Shown piece after piece: positions 40,083 through 54,275 of a stretch of DNA of 64,000 nucleotides. The notes beneath the pieces were generated by a model. The model was not told the origin of the DNA and made no database searches. It was given only the letters and a program-made list of their open reading frames with translations. The stretch covers positions 25,234,001 through 25,298,000 of the forward strand of contig OZ004613.1 of NCBI GenBank assembly GCA_963924565.1, written 5' to 3'. The stretch's first letter is position 1. Each line of letters starts with the position of its first letter. The stretch is from Ascidiella aspersa. Its lineage: Eukaryota. Both the position numbers and the translations under genes were made by a program.

Positions 40083-43000
40083 CTACAACCTTGATTTACG
40101 GGTTAGAGCTTCTCTAGCAAGCCTGGTGACCTCCAATGCACAGCCCCAGTGCTGGGCAATCCCCTTGGCCCCGTGCCCGTAGTTGTGAACAACCGGCATC
40201 AACTTCGCGCCGTTTCGCGAATCCGAACTTATCCGAACCAGTTCGGTCTCGATTCGCGCGCCTCCGATTCGTCCCGGTCTGATGCCCACGTCCGTGTAGC
40301 GCTCCACAGCATCTTCTGACCGCGGGTAGAGGGTCTTGCACTTGTGCCAAATGTGCTCGGAGTCTCTGGGATCCACGTGGGTGTCAAAACGCCCCACCTG
40401 GTACACCCCACCTATGGCTACGTCATCATTTCTTGGTGCCAAGACCGTTTCTTCAGCCAAGTAGACCTTGTCGATAAAGGGTGCGTCCACACTGATGTAT
40501 TGGCCTATAAACACATTTTTTACCGGTAAACATTAAAGATGTTTGAAGGAATTAAAAAACGAAAAATGTAGCCAAAGGTTAGTGATGATTTAGGTAGTTA
40601 AAAATACAATAGTTATTGACGTTTTTCCAAGGGAATTATAAATTACTTTTACATTTAATACAGAAAATTAGCAATTACAAATAATTATTGTACAGTACTT
40701 TTTTTTACCTTTATTTTTTTTATTTTTTACCTTTGTTAGGCAGTTTTTAACGCAAACCTGAAAACAAAACTGAGAAAAAAATCTAATATTTGTAAAAAAT
40801 CACCTCTGACAGGAACCACGTTTCGATCAGAGGTCAATGACCCGGCTCCGGCTCCTGTGCAGTTCACCACAAGGTCATACGAATTTCCCAGCTGCTGAAA
40901 TGACGTCACTTCTTGATTAAAAAACGTCACGAAAGCCTCACCGTTCCTATTGGCCACCGATACAAAAATTATACAAGATTAAAAATTGATGTTACAATGA
41001 CACCATACTGTAAGAAACAGATAAAACACATTCTGTGCGAATGAAAGGGAATTTTACAGTCGATCACTTTAAAAGGCGACGAACATTTGTTAAGAGTATG
41101 AACATACGTTCACCGGAAGAAGCAATATTGATATTAATATAGTAAAGTCCTTCGGTATACACCTTTAAATTCGATCAGCAGACCACTATCTCCATACGCT
41201 CTTGCTTTAAAGGGGATATATTTCGTGACATGAAAGCATTGAATTGTTAATTGAACAAATACAGCAAAAAAATATATCGAGTGTTATAGTTCAGCCGAAT
41301 ACAGTTTTAGACCATTGACCTAGTGTAATTAGCTTTTCTATTTGTATTGCTTGGAAACGCATTTCTAGACAATAAAGAAAACAAATTGAGTAGGCTTGGC
41401 GTATGTTTTTAAACCGGCAATTCGATATATATATATATATTTATGTCAAATTAAGAAAAATCAAAACCAATACAATCATTTAAACCAGGGGCCATTAAAC
41501 TTTTTATAAAGGGGCTGGCTCGGAATTGCATTGGACAACTTCTTTACCTGACCTTTATTTTCATCAAAGAAATATGCCACGGGCCATACTTTGGTGACCC
41601 CTGTCCCCTGGTAAACCATATATTGCAATCATTTGTGTAGCTTATCACCTTTTCTTCTTTCGCCTCAGTTTTTCCATAAGCCAAGGCAGGTATTTGCTGG
41701 TGTCAATCACATAGCAGGGTGCGACGTAGCCGGTAATAGAGCCGTTTCCCAACGAGCCGAAAACCAACAGTATGGCGCCCTCTTCCGACAAGTGACTAAA
41801 CTCCTGCATTTCCCGCATGGTGGCGCTCCTGTATCCCAACGCTTGTCGATGTTTCGGGGGCACTTTTTAAAGGGTACAACAAGCGCTGTCACAAATGTTA
41901 AAGTTGTATTGCTTTTCAAGGTAAATGTAAAGATAAATATAAAGGGAATCAACATGCATTGTTTAAATCGTAAATATATTGTAAGCCAATTCAGTGGCCA
42001 ACTGTGTTTTCTTCGATAATGTGAGGTTCTAGTCTTACAAGTTATAAAATGGTATAGTTCCAAAATTTGATTTAGATCAAATGCATTTGTATGAAACTTG
42101 AGTATACAGTTATACAAAACAGGAAAGCTAAATTTCCATGTAGATTTTTCTCAAGATTTAATGCAAAACAGTCGTTAAAATTTATTGTCACTGTATAGTT
42201 TTAGACAACAAACATCTTGGAATTGAACCGACGAAGTAAATTACTATGTTGATTTCATATCACGGTTTAATCAAAGGGGTGTGTCACCACCAAGATGGCT
42301 GATTAATTATTACCCAACTTTCATAGTCAAGTTCAAGAAGCTTATTCACATGAACTGTCTGTCAAATCGCACAATAAAAAGAGGAAAATAATTTTCAATT
42401 CTTAATCAGAATTTTCTTTTCAATAACAGAATATGTCCTAATCAGAATTGTGAAAAACAAATAATTCGGTTACACATCAATGATAAAAATTAAAAAAGTA
42501 AACGAAAAATCTGTTTGTTTGGACGTTATAATATGATAACTATATTTCGCTACCAAAGAATCTTTTTTAAATCTTGTCTTTATCTTCCGCCAATAAATTT
42601 ACGATTTTAATGATTGTCATACACTATTGCAAACAAAATATATTACAAAACGTGTGCCTCCGATTTAGTAAAATGAAATAATCTTCACGTCTAGTAAAAT
42701 ATAATAATCTTTCACGTATAGGTAAACCTGTTTCATGAACCAACAAAAAGAACGCTTACTAACGTTTCGCATCTATGACTTCTTGTGACGTGTTAAAAAG
42801 CACGATGGCGTCCCTGTGACGTAATCCGGCGGCCTCGGCCTCAGTCGGGTGGACACGGGAACACCAGGCCTGGGTTTCCACCACGTGGTCGTTGGCATTG
42901 GGGGCGTCGAGTGGACCCACACCCCTGTTAATCACAATTCCGAACCCGTGTGTGCTGCAAAAAGTGTAAAGGGCTGTTACCATGTTACCGTGTTTTTTCG

Positions 43001-43843
43001 TATCAAACTGAGAGACTTTCCCAAATATTGTGCTTTGTTGAAATAAACATTTTACAGTTTAACCACCTCTAAGTTTAAAAACCGTTATTTGGTGGAAACT
43101 TCTGGGGGTGAACTAGCTTTATATAGATCAACAGTGTTGTAATGAAAGTTCTTGGCTTGACTTAAGTGCACTTAAGTCACTGTTTATAAATTACTTGACT
43201 TGAGTCCTTTGACCAAAATGACTAGTTCACAACACTGTAGATTAGCTAACTGTACTTCGTCGAGTATCTTATCGAACAGCTAGAATCACCGCCTTTTTGT
43301 AGTACAAAAAAGTTTGACAACTTCTGTTCAAATGCGCTATGATGGTTTTCCACCCTGCATGGCTTTTCGGTAACGCGAATACCGCCGTTAGGTTAGACGT
43401 AACATTATGTAAACAGTACGTAACAGGCATGTGTCAACATTCGTAAGTTTAACACCGACCACAATAACTTCCAGACTGCAGGCCTATAGCTTTGCTGCTT
43501 AACTTATACAGCCATTCGACTTACAAACCTATGTTACTTTTAATATTCAATTTTTCTGTTAACATTCATTGTTATTTTAAATACAATATAAAAAAGTAAA
43601 AATATCCTGATGAGTTTCTCCCTTTATTTCTCGCACAAATTATGTAACAAACTTTTTTAACATTATTGTAATTCAAGCTGACTACAGGTCTATATAGCGT
43701 TTTTACCTGCAGATATTTTTTCTGCTTGGAAAATAGTCCAACGCAATCACATCAACGTTGCTGTCAGGAAATTGTTCAGTAAGGCATAACGCTGAAGCCA
43801 GGCCTTGAATTCCAGCTCCGATTACAGCAATTGAAAACGACAT
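40083..43843 (-). CDS. DAO/DDO-family flavoprotein, paralogue 2 (368 aa, SRL)
   Basis: Exons 43843-43707, 42954-42764, 41862-41649, 40946-40804 and 40504-40083. Sizes and motifs are the same as paralogue 1. Confidence 0.92.
43132..43237. mobile_element. Short aagtc-family MITE in intron 1 of DAO-like 2
   Basis: TIR cagtgttgt/acaacactg. The empty site tatagattagct is at ~35941 in paralogue 1. Confidence 0.8.
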
Positions 43844-45891
43844 ACCTAAACAAAGCAGTATGACCTACTTGAGGACGCAGCTGTTTTTGTAGCACAATTG
43901 TCATTCATAACTGTTAATTTTTTTGCTGAACCATGTGGCAGTTGCACATTACAGGTTTTTTATAATCACCAACACCTATTTGACTGGTAAACACACATTT
44001 CGGAGCAAAAATTTAACGGTTTTGGGATATTTTGATGTCGCTGAATTCGAAAATAAAAGCAAGGCCAGGTTAGAAAAACAAATAGCCTGTGATGATTTCA
44101 AATAGTTACTAGCAATTTTGTATTAAATTTCAGTAATGTTAGGTTCAATTGTCTCTAAATAACCCTTCAGTTTCTTGTCTTTCGCATTCATTATCTGTAT
44201 ATTTTAAGTTAAAACACCTTGGTTTGACGCCTGCAAACTAAATACACCTTTAATGCAAGCATGCTTGCTAATCAATGTGTAAACTTTCTTTCGAGTACTA
44301 ACCATTCAGTTTGCTTCGCATCGCTGTCCCACTCTCTGCAAATGGTGCCGAATTGAATGTAAGCTACAGCTGAAAAAGCGTCTAGGAGAAAAGTTGCATA
44401 TCCTTTTCTTCTAATGTTTTGCAGCTAGCCTCTCTTGTCCAGCATTTGGTAAACAAGGTGAGGACCCTCTGCATTTAGCTTTGCAATACTGGACAATCAC
44501 GCTAGAAGGTTAAGGTATCGGTAATCAAAAATAAACCAAGTTGTAGCCTACTGTTGCATAAAACAGTCTCCAATTCTGTCATGCTGTAGAGAAAATATTA
44601 CACATTCAAGCTTTACTTTGATTTGGTAGTGTAAAATTTGTAACAGCACTGCTTTTTGTAAAGGTCTGTTTTGCCAAACGCTGTTCGAAAGTGACCAAGT
44701 GACGCTTTTTGAATTTGTCACAAAAAAACACTTCTGCATTTCACAAACACACGCCAAATCTACAACAGTGGGTTGTAAAATGGTGATAACTAAGAACTAG
44801 TAATAAGTTACCAATTGTTTTTAAGAAGCGCATTTCGTCGCATCCAGTGTATGGACAAATACGAAACGACGCTTCTGTGTGACAATTTCAACCCGTATGT
44901 GGCCAAAGGGAAAAGTTTTGGTGTAGCAAAACAGTATTTAATAGGTTATAAATATAGGTATGTCGTAAACTTAAAAGCGCTATTTTTTTGGCTTGTGGCA
45001 CCCTAAAAAAAATATAAATAGTTTGCGGCACCCTTATTCGTATTTTTGCTGACTGGTTTTCTGTAACGTTACAAGAAACGAGAAGAAACAGCTCATTAGC
45101 AGTGCAATAATGCTAAAAAAAAACATCCTAAAGAATTTGAAAAAGTTCTAGGCACCCTTGAGCGTTAAAAATGGCACCCACGGCACCCCGGTTGAGAACC
45201 ACTGAGCTATACAATTGGTTCAAGTTACACAAAACACTCACCAAGTATGATAATTGTGTTATTCATTTTCTGATTTAGAACGAACGACTGCTATACACAG
45301 CACTAGGCTATCCAAAAAGTACATTGCACATGGAGTTTTATTTATTGAAGAAATTACCTCTTTTTTAATAATTAACGAATATACAGCAAAGCAACATCAA
45401 AAACACATACAAACTAGAAAAATTCGGCAGAATTACATACAAAAATATAAAAATATATATTTTTGTCAATTGAAAACATTAGTAAGGCGAAAGATAAGAC
45501 TCTATGATTTCGCCGTAAAGTAGTTTTGCTCAATTTAGGTTGCACACCGAAAGTCACAAAAAAATTTTATTCGGTTAGAAACACAAGTAAGAAAACGAAA
45601 AATTAAATAAGAGACATTTGGGTATTTTTTATTGTGCTTAGAAGACCTATTAGTATTTGTAAAAAGAAGATAAATCCCATTAAAAGCGTATGGTTATCCC
45701 TACTACACAAATTTAACCAAATTGAAAAATTTTTAGTTTTACTCTTTCCCACTAGCGCCATGGAAAATGAATTCCATACATTTTATTTAACAAAGTAGGC
45801 CTACACTCACGATTGAAACTTTGGCACTATCATACGATAAATATATTAGCTGTGAGCAACTATTTACAAAAAAAATTAATCTATCTACATT

Positions 45892-48800
45892 CTACAGCCT
45901 TGATTTAGATTTCAACGCCTCGGCAGCAAGCTTAGCCACCTCCAATGCACAGCCCCAGTGTTGGGCAATTCCCTTTCCCCCGTGCCCGTAGTTGTGGACA
46001 ACCGGCATCAACTTCGCGCCGTTTCGCGAATCCGAACTTATCCGAACCAGTTCGGTCTCGATTCGCGCGCCTCCGATTCGTCCCGGTCTGATGCCCACGT
46101 CCGAGTAGCGCTCCACAGCGCTTTTTACAGGCGGATAAAGAGTCTCGCATCGATGCCTCATTTGCTTGCTGTCTATGGGGTCCACTTCGGTGTCGAAACG
46201 TCCAACTTGGTAAACGCTACCCAAAAGCACGCAGTCATTTCTGGGAACTATCATCGTCTCGTTCGCAATGTAAACCTTCTCCACGGAAGGGGCGACAGCG
46301 CTGATGTATTGTCCTGCAATTGCACTTCAAATCTCTCCAATGTTTTGGTTGTCGAACTTTTTTAGCTTTCGGCACACAAAACAATACAATACATTCGCGG
46401 CACATACTTTCTAAACAATAAATACTTTGATATCTCCTTTATTTCACGGCAAGAAAATTGGTAAATATTCTATAATAATCTCGGTTTTTAAATGAAATGG
46501 GAATTCTAAACTCGTATGCTTTCTTGTGTTCCCGTTTGTGATAATTGCATGACTTGGCTGCAAGAATAGACGAATGGTTAACTTTAAAAAGTACAAAACG
46601 TTTCGCGCCCAACTTTTTATTTACCCAGTTTAAGAAAAGCAGTTTTAAACTTTACCCAGGTTTAATTCTAAAATTCATGACTTGGCTGCAAGAATAGATT
46701 ACAAAGATATTACCTCGAATAGGAACCAACTTTCTATCAGAGGTCAAAGTTCGGGCGCCGACCCCGGAACAGTTCACCACCAGGTCATACGAACTGCTCA
46801 GCTGATGGAATGACGTCACTGTTTTCGTATGAAACGTCACCGCGGGTTCGCCGTTTCTTTGCGATCAAGATGCATTTTACTACAGTTACCGGTGTATATT
46901 ATTCAAAATCATTAGTAAACTATTAGTATTTATCCGAAAACTAGTCTCTTGCAGGATCGAGTTTAAATTTGCATTTACACTAATTAGCGTTTTGCATGGT
47001 TCGAAATGTCGAACACATAGCTATTATACCACCGTAAAAAAACGCGTTGTTTTCACTTAGATTAGATAAACAGAGACGGTGTGGCATTTTCGTTATGTTA
47101 TTGAAAAAGATCTTTTAAGTCATTTTATTGCTGAAGGGTCGGTCAAGTTTAAACCAACTGCTGATTTACGACAGAGGAGCTCTGAAACAATGGAACAGCA
47201 GATAAAAAATCCTATAATCTCTGAAATCACCTTTTTGCTTTCCTTCTAAGTTTTTCCATAAGCCATGGCAAGTATTTGCTGGTGTTTATCACAAATGAAC
47301 TTGAACTGTAACCTGTCAACGAGCCGTCACCTGAAGAACCAAAAACTACCAACTGGGCGTTCTCGTCCAACAAATGTTTGAACTCTTCGATTTCCCGCGT
47401 GGTGGCGCTCCTCACCCCAAATGCTTCACGTTGCTTAAGGGACACTTTGAAAAACATATAGCCTGAGGTATTAAGCTATGAAAATCTGCAGCATTTCATG
47501 TTTAAAACTAGCTAAAATGTGTATACCGTGTACATGTCTTAATTTATTGAGAGCAGCGGTTCCCAAACTTGCGTACGGGGACCAAATGGGGTCCGTACAG
47601 CAGTTTCAGAGGGTCCGCAATGAGAATTAGTCTTAAAGCTTTAAAACATTACGCTTAAGGGAATGCTACGTTTGTCATCTTTATTAGTCTTTAGTTATAC
47701 TTTGCTTTCGATTATATAGCGTGTTTTATAATGTCGCTTGTGACATCATGAATCATTTATTATGATGTAGCCTACTATACCTGCTATCAGCGAATCGTTC
47801 GCATAAGTTAAAAAGTTGTTACATTAGAAAAAATCGTGACTGCACTAGTGTATTAAATAGACATGGGTCAACTGACCCTTGAATTTGTATACGACCACGA
47901 AATATCAAAATAATTGCAAAGGGTCCACCAGCCAAAACTTTTTAGAAAGTGCTGAAACCGCTGCTCTAGAGTGTAGAGCAGGGGAACCCTGAATGGCACG
48001 TTTTTGTGATTCACGACTCAAATAATAGTATAATATGTAACAAAAACCAATGCCTATGGAAATAAAAAGTCCTATTGAAAACAAATATATCCAAAATTAT
48101 TTCGTCTTGGTACCCTTCCATTAAAAACGACTTTAACCAACCCTAATTATTCTGCGGGCCCGCATACTACACAACTAGTGGTCTAATACAAATTCGTCTC
48201 CATTGGCTGATTTTCTCTATTCTTTTAAGAGCAGAGTTTAAGTAAAGTTATAAAACTCACAATAGAGCGTCTCTCTACGTGTTCCTAACGGTGTTTGGAA
48301 AACAACTTTTATAAAGAAAGTTCAGTACAATGCGAGCAAAAACATGGTTTATACATTCTTGAGTCTGTCAACAGGCTGAAAATTTTTATATATACATGCC
48401 TTCTGTCTCAATTGCGAGTCCTTATTTGATGGAACTACAACTATTTTTGGTATAAAAGCTATAGTCGTGCGAGAGAAGATTTGAGAGAAATCGAACAGAG
48501 CAAAAATTAAAGCCGTTGAAACAAAACTTTATGTTATAATACTTTTGCATGTTTTTTTAAACGCATACGTAGAATTATGTTGTACAACAGTTGTTTTCAA
48601 CTGTGTGAGTGGTAACCTATGCAATTATCCGAGTTGTAACCTTCACAAGCTGCCTTTCATGTTTTCTGAGAAAAATAATATTCAAGTGTAATACAAGGTA
48701 CTGTTTTTATCAAGACAATTGGTTTTTATGTTTTTTGATCAAGGATGTTGACCAGAAATCCACTTCTATATAAAGGAATAGAATTGCACGCAAATCACAT

Positions 48801-50955
48801 TGTATTAACAAGAGCTGGGGAGTCGTAGCCGGACTCTAGACATGATAAAGTCGAATTTTTGGCCGGAATCGAACTCAGGACGCGAGTAGTATTACGCATG
48901 CTCAGTTCGAAATTTCGTAACTGTGAAGACTGCATGTAACAGTGTTGTAATGACAAGTCATTTACTTAAGTGTACTTAAATCACTGTTTACAAAAGGAAC
49001 TATTTTTGGCAAAATAATTTGCCTTTGCTTTCGGACAAATTACCTAACTTTAGTCACTTGGGCACATGATAGAGTTAAAATAACGAATTTTTATTAAATT
49101 CGGTTAGATATGTTAATTTTTCAATTTAAAACAATTTTCTTGCTATATATTGCATTCATGGCATTTGTACTGGAGTTATTGCTCTTTTAACACTTTAACA
49201 GTTCAACGTTTAATTTTTATGACAAACACTTGACTGGGAGTTGCCTTACGTAACCGATGACTTGGACTTGGACTGGGACTTGACTTTGACTATAGTTATT
49301 TTACGAATGACTTGTTTATAACACTGATAACTACCTTGCTTTAGTTACGTACATTAGTGAAATGAAGGAGTCCGACTCTGGACTCGACGAAATCGCACAT
49401 TTAACATGAGTCAGACTCTGGTTCATTTTGTTGTCCGAAGTCTGATTCGGGTTATCTTTAACTCCCCGGCCTTGGTATTAACCATAACCAACCTTACATT
49501 GTGAGTCTATAGTTTCTTGTGACGTATTGAAAAAGAAAATCATGTCACAATGACGTATTCCGGCAACTTCGGCTTCGGCTGGATGGATTTGGGAACACCA
49601 AGCCTTGGTGGCTACCACGTGGTCGTTAATATTGGCTGCGTCGAAGTGCCCCTGTCCTTTGTTAATAACGATACCGTATCCATGTACACTGTGTGGATAT
49701 AATAAACAGCACAATTGTAAATAAATCTTTTTGAAATGACTTAAGACCCACTCAGGTCATTCTCAGCAGCGGCGTAGCCAGAAATCCAAAAATGGTAGGC
49801 TCCCGAATGTTCAACCGAGTGAATTCCCCTATTTTCCGTCTGACGTTAATGAATAATGACGTAATAAAATAGTTGCAGGTATGACGTCATAAACAGGAAA
49901 AAACTAATCACCAATTAACGTCTAGCAAAAGTGAACCTTAAGACGTAAAGCGAACACGTGGTTCGTCGACACTCTTGCCAGGTGCCAGCTGCGAAACAGC
50001 TTAGTGTGCAATCGTTAACTTCTGATAAAAAATTATACCAAACGGAAAAAAATGTTTTTTCCGGTGGTTATTATGCCATGATCGTACCACCGGTGCCGAG
50101 CTGTGTGCCAAGTCAGCTAATATACCAGCTGTGGTTGAGGGAAAATAATTTGCGAAGTTCACACTAATAAGTCCACACTAATCACGTAGTTTCAGAAAAA
50201 GATTACAGAAAATAATTTTGCGGTAACTATCATTACATAAAAATGGCGAGTTTAAAACGCACATGCCGTTGTTACACCAACATCGGAAAAACGTGGAACA
50301 TTAAGTGTGCCTGAACTCGACGTTTTTAAAGAGTTTTGTGTTGAATTTTGGTTTCATATTAGCTTAACATGCGTGACCCAATTACATTAAAAACATTGTC
50401 AGTTATTAAGTTAAACAAAGCATGACAATAACGATCAAAAACAAGAATATTACTTACAAAAAAAGAGGGCGGAAGGGGATTGTGGCGGTTGTCAACAGGC
50501 AACAGCGGTAGGGATACACGACTCGACTACATGCTAAAGTAACGCTTAATATTCTATTTTTTGGGAAACACATAGTGTAGCACACAACTATATGTTAATG
50601 CAGCGCGTCGAAAGCGTCTAAGATTTATAACACGAGTCACAGATGATCCGTGACCTGCATTTATCTATTAATTATCGCTCACCAGTTTCCAATACTTTTT
50701 CAAAGCGGAATTAAACATGTTTCCCTGTAGTTTGCAAGCAGAAATTCACTAATCATGTTTAAGAAAAACATTTGCTTATTTGTTTGCAAGTCACCTAACA
50801 TTTAATCACTCGACTAACCTGCAAAGGTTATTCCTCGAAGGAAAAAATTCCGAAGCAATCACGGTGACGTCACTATTCGGAAACTGTTCAGTCAGGCATA
50901 ACGCCGACGACAGACCTTGAACACCTGCGCCGATCACAGCAATCGAAAACGCCAT
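45892..50955 (-). CDS. DAO/DDO-family flavoprotein, paralogue 3 (most divergent; 368 aa, SRL)
   Basis: Exons 50955-50819, 49688-49498, 47444-47231, 46856-46714 and 46313-45892. Motifs GAGVQG, VVNCSG, PIRGQ and HNYGHGGKG. Confidence 0.92.
47554..47963. mobile_element. hAT MITE (family of 1141-1585, opposite orientation)
   Basis: Termini cagcggttcccaaac...aaaccgctg. The internal sequence is the reverse complement of 8613-9071. Confidence 0.8.
48810..49474. mobile_element. gagtcg-family element with a nested aagtc-family element (48940-49326)
   Basis: Outer direct repeat gtattaac and ends ggggagt/actcccc. Inner termini cagtgtt...aacactg. Confidence 0.75.
49767..50125 (+). mobile_element. Interspersed repeat, family of 1-436
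   Basis: Colinear similarity to the reverse complement of 1-436. Confidence 0.65.
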
Positions 50956-52369
50956 ATTTTTTGCAAATGCAATAAACTTATTTGAAATTAACAACCTGAC
51001 AAAAATGTTGTCACATGAAATCCACATGTAAAAAGCATATTATGTCTATAGTCGCTCCAACAATTCACCTTACTTTAAACCTATAAAGATTATAATCTAA
51101 AGGTTTATTGAGTCAAGCTAAACTTAGTATTTGTTGCCATATGCGTCTAAACTCCCATATTTTTCTGTACAAAGCCTACTTTTCTGTACAAAGCCTACTT
51201 TAATAAACTGGGCGAACGTCAAACGCTTCACCAGCTCATTAAAGTCATATTTCAGTACTCACCATACAGCTCACGTTTAGGATGTTTTTATTATAAATTA
51301 CACAATGCCGCATTTGCACGAAGCTGACAATACTACTGGGAAAAATATTTTGTTTAGTTGTTGCTACTGTTCTAAAAGTGTCGGCGGCGCACCATTTGTT
51401 TGAAAACATATTTGGATTGTCATTTGTACGAAAAACTAGTAAGTCCAAGTCATTTTGCCCAAAAGACTTGAGCAACGTCAAGTAATTTAAAAACAGGTAC
51501 TTAAGTGCACTTAATACTTAAATCATTCCAGTCATTGATTTAAGTCATTACAATATTGGTTGGAACTATTTTAAACATTAAGCCTTACTTGAAAATATAT
51601 ATTACATATAATTACATAACATTTAAATCAAGCTTTTTTCTATAGCATTTTGGGTTTTTCTTTAACAATAATTTTAGAAGGATTTCTATAGTAGGGATGT
51701 TCAAAGTAGAATATTAGGTTTCGAATATCCACAATCAGAGATAAAACAGCAAATCAGTAGCTTTACTTACGGTTACAATAATATTTAACAACAACAAAAC
51801 CGAAAAGTAAAGTATCTAACCCGTCCGAATAATGAACAGCGAGCAACTGCTGATTTTGACAAAAATGTGAGCACTTTAATAACAAAAAACAGATGTCGGT
51901 GATAAATAATATCGTAGAAACAAGAGAAACATGAAAAACAACACAGAAAATGTCTACAACCAGGCAATTGACAAATCGTGTTAAGCAGTATGCTGCTTGA
52001 ATACAGTAATGCACACAGCCAAGCAGCTGGGCGTCACAAACGGCCAGGCTGTTGATCACATTGTACCTACTATGCAGAAATAGATACCTAAAAAGCAAAC
52101 CAAAATTAGTGCAAAATCCTAACTGGCAACCCTTCTGTTGCAACTTAACGTATTTAGTGAGATTGCGAACTCTGCACCTGGAATTACATCATCTAGTCGC
52201 TCGCACATTAACACTCATGATAAGCCAAAGGTTAATTATCGACAAGTAATAGGTCACCTTTAAGCACTGTAAATGTGTTTCATATATTGTTTTTTATTGT
52301 GACGCCATATACTCCTTTGATGAAAGAATCGTGCTTGCAAATCAATCTGGGCTATCATCATTTGGTCTG

Positions 52370-52384
52370 AATAAATGCGCCGGA

Positions 52385-52416
<32 letters not shown>
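52370..52416 (+). repeat. AATAAA followed by an A29 tract; possible 3' end of a retroposed sequence
   Basis: aataaa at 52370-52375 and a poly(A) run at 52388-52416. No TSD was found. Confidence 0.4.
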
Positions 52417-52419
<3 letters not shown>

Positions 52420-53219
52420 AGGGCGTTTTTGTTAAATATGTACAAAATGCTTACTTTTCAGTAAGCCTTGCAACCTGCCACGACCGCTTTCTCCACTTTA
52501 TATCCCCTTATTTACTACACATAGTAGCAAATTTTCGGGTGTTATTCAATTAAGGTGTTATTCCGACTGGTTGGACTTAATTTTCGGTCTTATGACTGGT
52601 GTCCATGAAATGAAAAAAACTTTGGTCAGCAAAAAGGTGCCGTATCCAAGTCCAACATGTGAGTTCGTTTCAAACTATAGTCTTTCTAGGCAGTTACGTT
52701 TTTCTCTTTCCATTGCTTTTTAAAACCATTAAAACAGTACAGTGCAAGAGAACCATTATTTTGAACCTTTAAAACACTGCAAGAGGTTCGCAGGAAAAAA
52801 TATATTTGTACAATGTTTCGTATCTGTATGACACGATTTTTGACTCCATGCCAATTTATTTGAAATCTGAATAATCTAAAGAATTGGCAAAAGCACAAGC
52901 TCACTAGCTCATGTTACCACAAATATAAAACAAAACTCGTATATACAAATGTGTAAATTGTGCAGGGTTGGGCATATATTTACAGCGGGCCGCATGAGAA
53001 AAACAAAACAAAAAAACGTTCTGGTGGACTGGGTCAAATATAGAGTTTCGAATACACGCAGTATTACGTTTACTGTCACGCTATAAAAACGTATGTTTAA
53101 TAAACATGTTATTACGTTCGAAGTTGTGAGCAAATGCGCACCTGAAGTCTAATTTAAAAAGGCGATTACGCGTCAAGCAAAGCGTTGCACAGAGAACACG
53201 GTCAAAAGGTCCCTTAGGG

Positions 53220-53445
53220 CAGTGTTTCTTAAACAGGTGAATGGTTCATCCCAGGGTGAATGAAATTTTGCAGGGGTGAACCCACCAAAAGGGGCATATA
53301 AGGGTGAACCGTCAGAAATCAATTATAGTAATTTGTGCTGTTATATATACACGAGATAGTTTTGTCATATCATGAGACAAGGGTGAATAAAATCTGGAGA
53401 TAGATGCTAGGGGTGAACATAACTAAAAAAGTTTAGGAAACACTG
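53220..53445. mobile_element. hAT MITE
   Basis: TIR cagtgtttcttaaac/gtttaggaaacactg, TSD ccttaggg/tcttaggg and internal gggtgaa repeats. Confidence 0.88.
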
Positions 53446-54275
53446 TCTTAGGGCACATCCAAACTTACGATGCGTTTAACAACGGAGGACTTGTTGCAGA
53501 TGGGATCCTTACGATACAATGGTCATATTACAAAGACGGAATAAATCGGACGCAACACATAAAATGTTTAACAAAATACATTGGAAAAAAGGCTGCAATA
53601 CTAAGTTTGTTCATAAGAAGTCCATTTTAACTCCATTTGATCGAAGCGCGAAAAATGCTTTCATAATTGCAAAGTTTGACAAACTGAGTGCCTACATAGG
53701 TGCTATTTGTCTGTAAAGATGCCAATACCAGAGCTCGAAACATACGATAAAGGCATGAAAGATTCGCGTGAAGCGATATTTATTTTAGTATTCAAAACAA
53801 ACAAATAAATGGGGTTTGGCTGGGTCATGACCGAATCCATCCTTTAAATATATATACGTTACCACCAAACGTATAAAACGTTTCTTGTTTTTACTTACGT
53901 GTCTTACTGGCTTCATGGCAAACATTTTTCTGAAACAACAGACAGGGATATATATAGTTGGTGTGTTATCAAACGCCGAAAATACTGAAAAAGTATTTTA
54001 AGGAAAATACGAAAAGGTCGGATTGAATTCCTTGGCGGGCCATGTTTTGGCCAGTTCAAGAAGAGTTTATATTTTCATTATAAAGTTAACGAACACAACC
54101 AGGCGATTGTTGAGCACATTCACGAAATACAATAAGCGGTGACAGTTTAAAAAGCATAAGAGCAAAAAGTTTTCGGTGTGGCGTTCTCACCAAATGGATA
54201 CAAGAAGAGCATGGTTAATTCACGCAGTGTATGTTGCATTTCACCACCTTTCAATAACAAAAGTATACTCTAGAA

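Noticed and set aside
51162-51199. 19-bp perfect tandem duplication upstream of oxidase 3
   Set aside because: It is a simple slippage-type duplication with no evidence of function.
51763-52143. 126-aa minus-strand ORF and other 60-135 aa ORFs in AT-rich spacers and MITEs
   Set aside because: They have low-complexity composition, no recognisable motifs and no splice or paralogue support.
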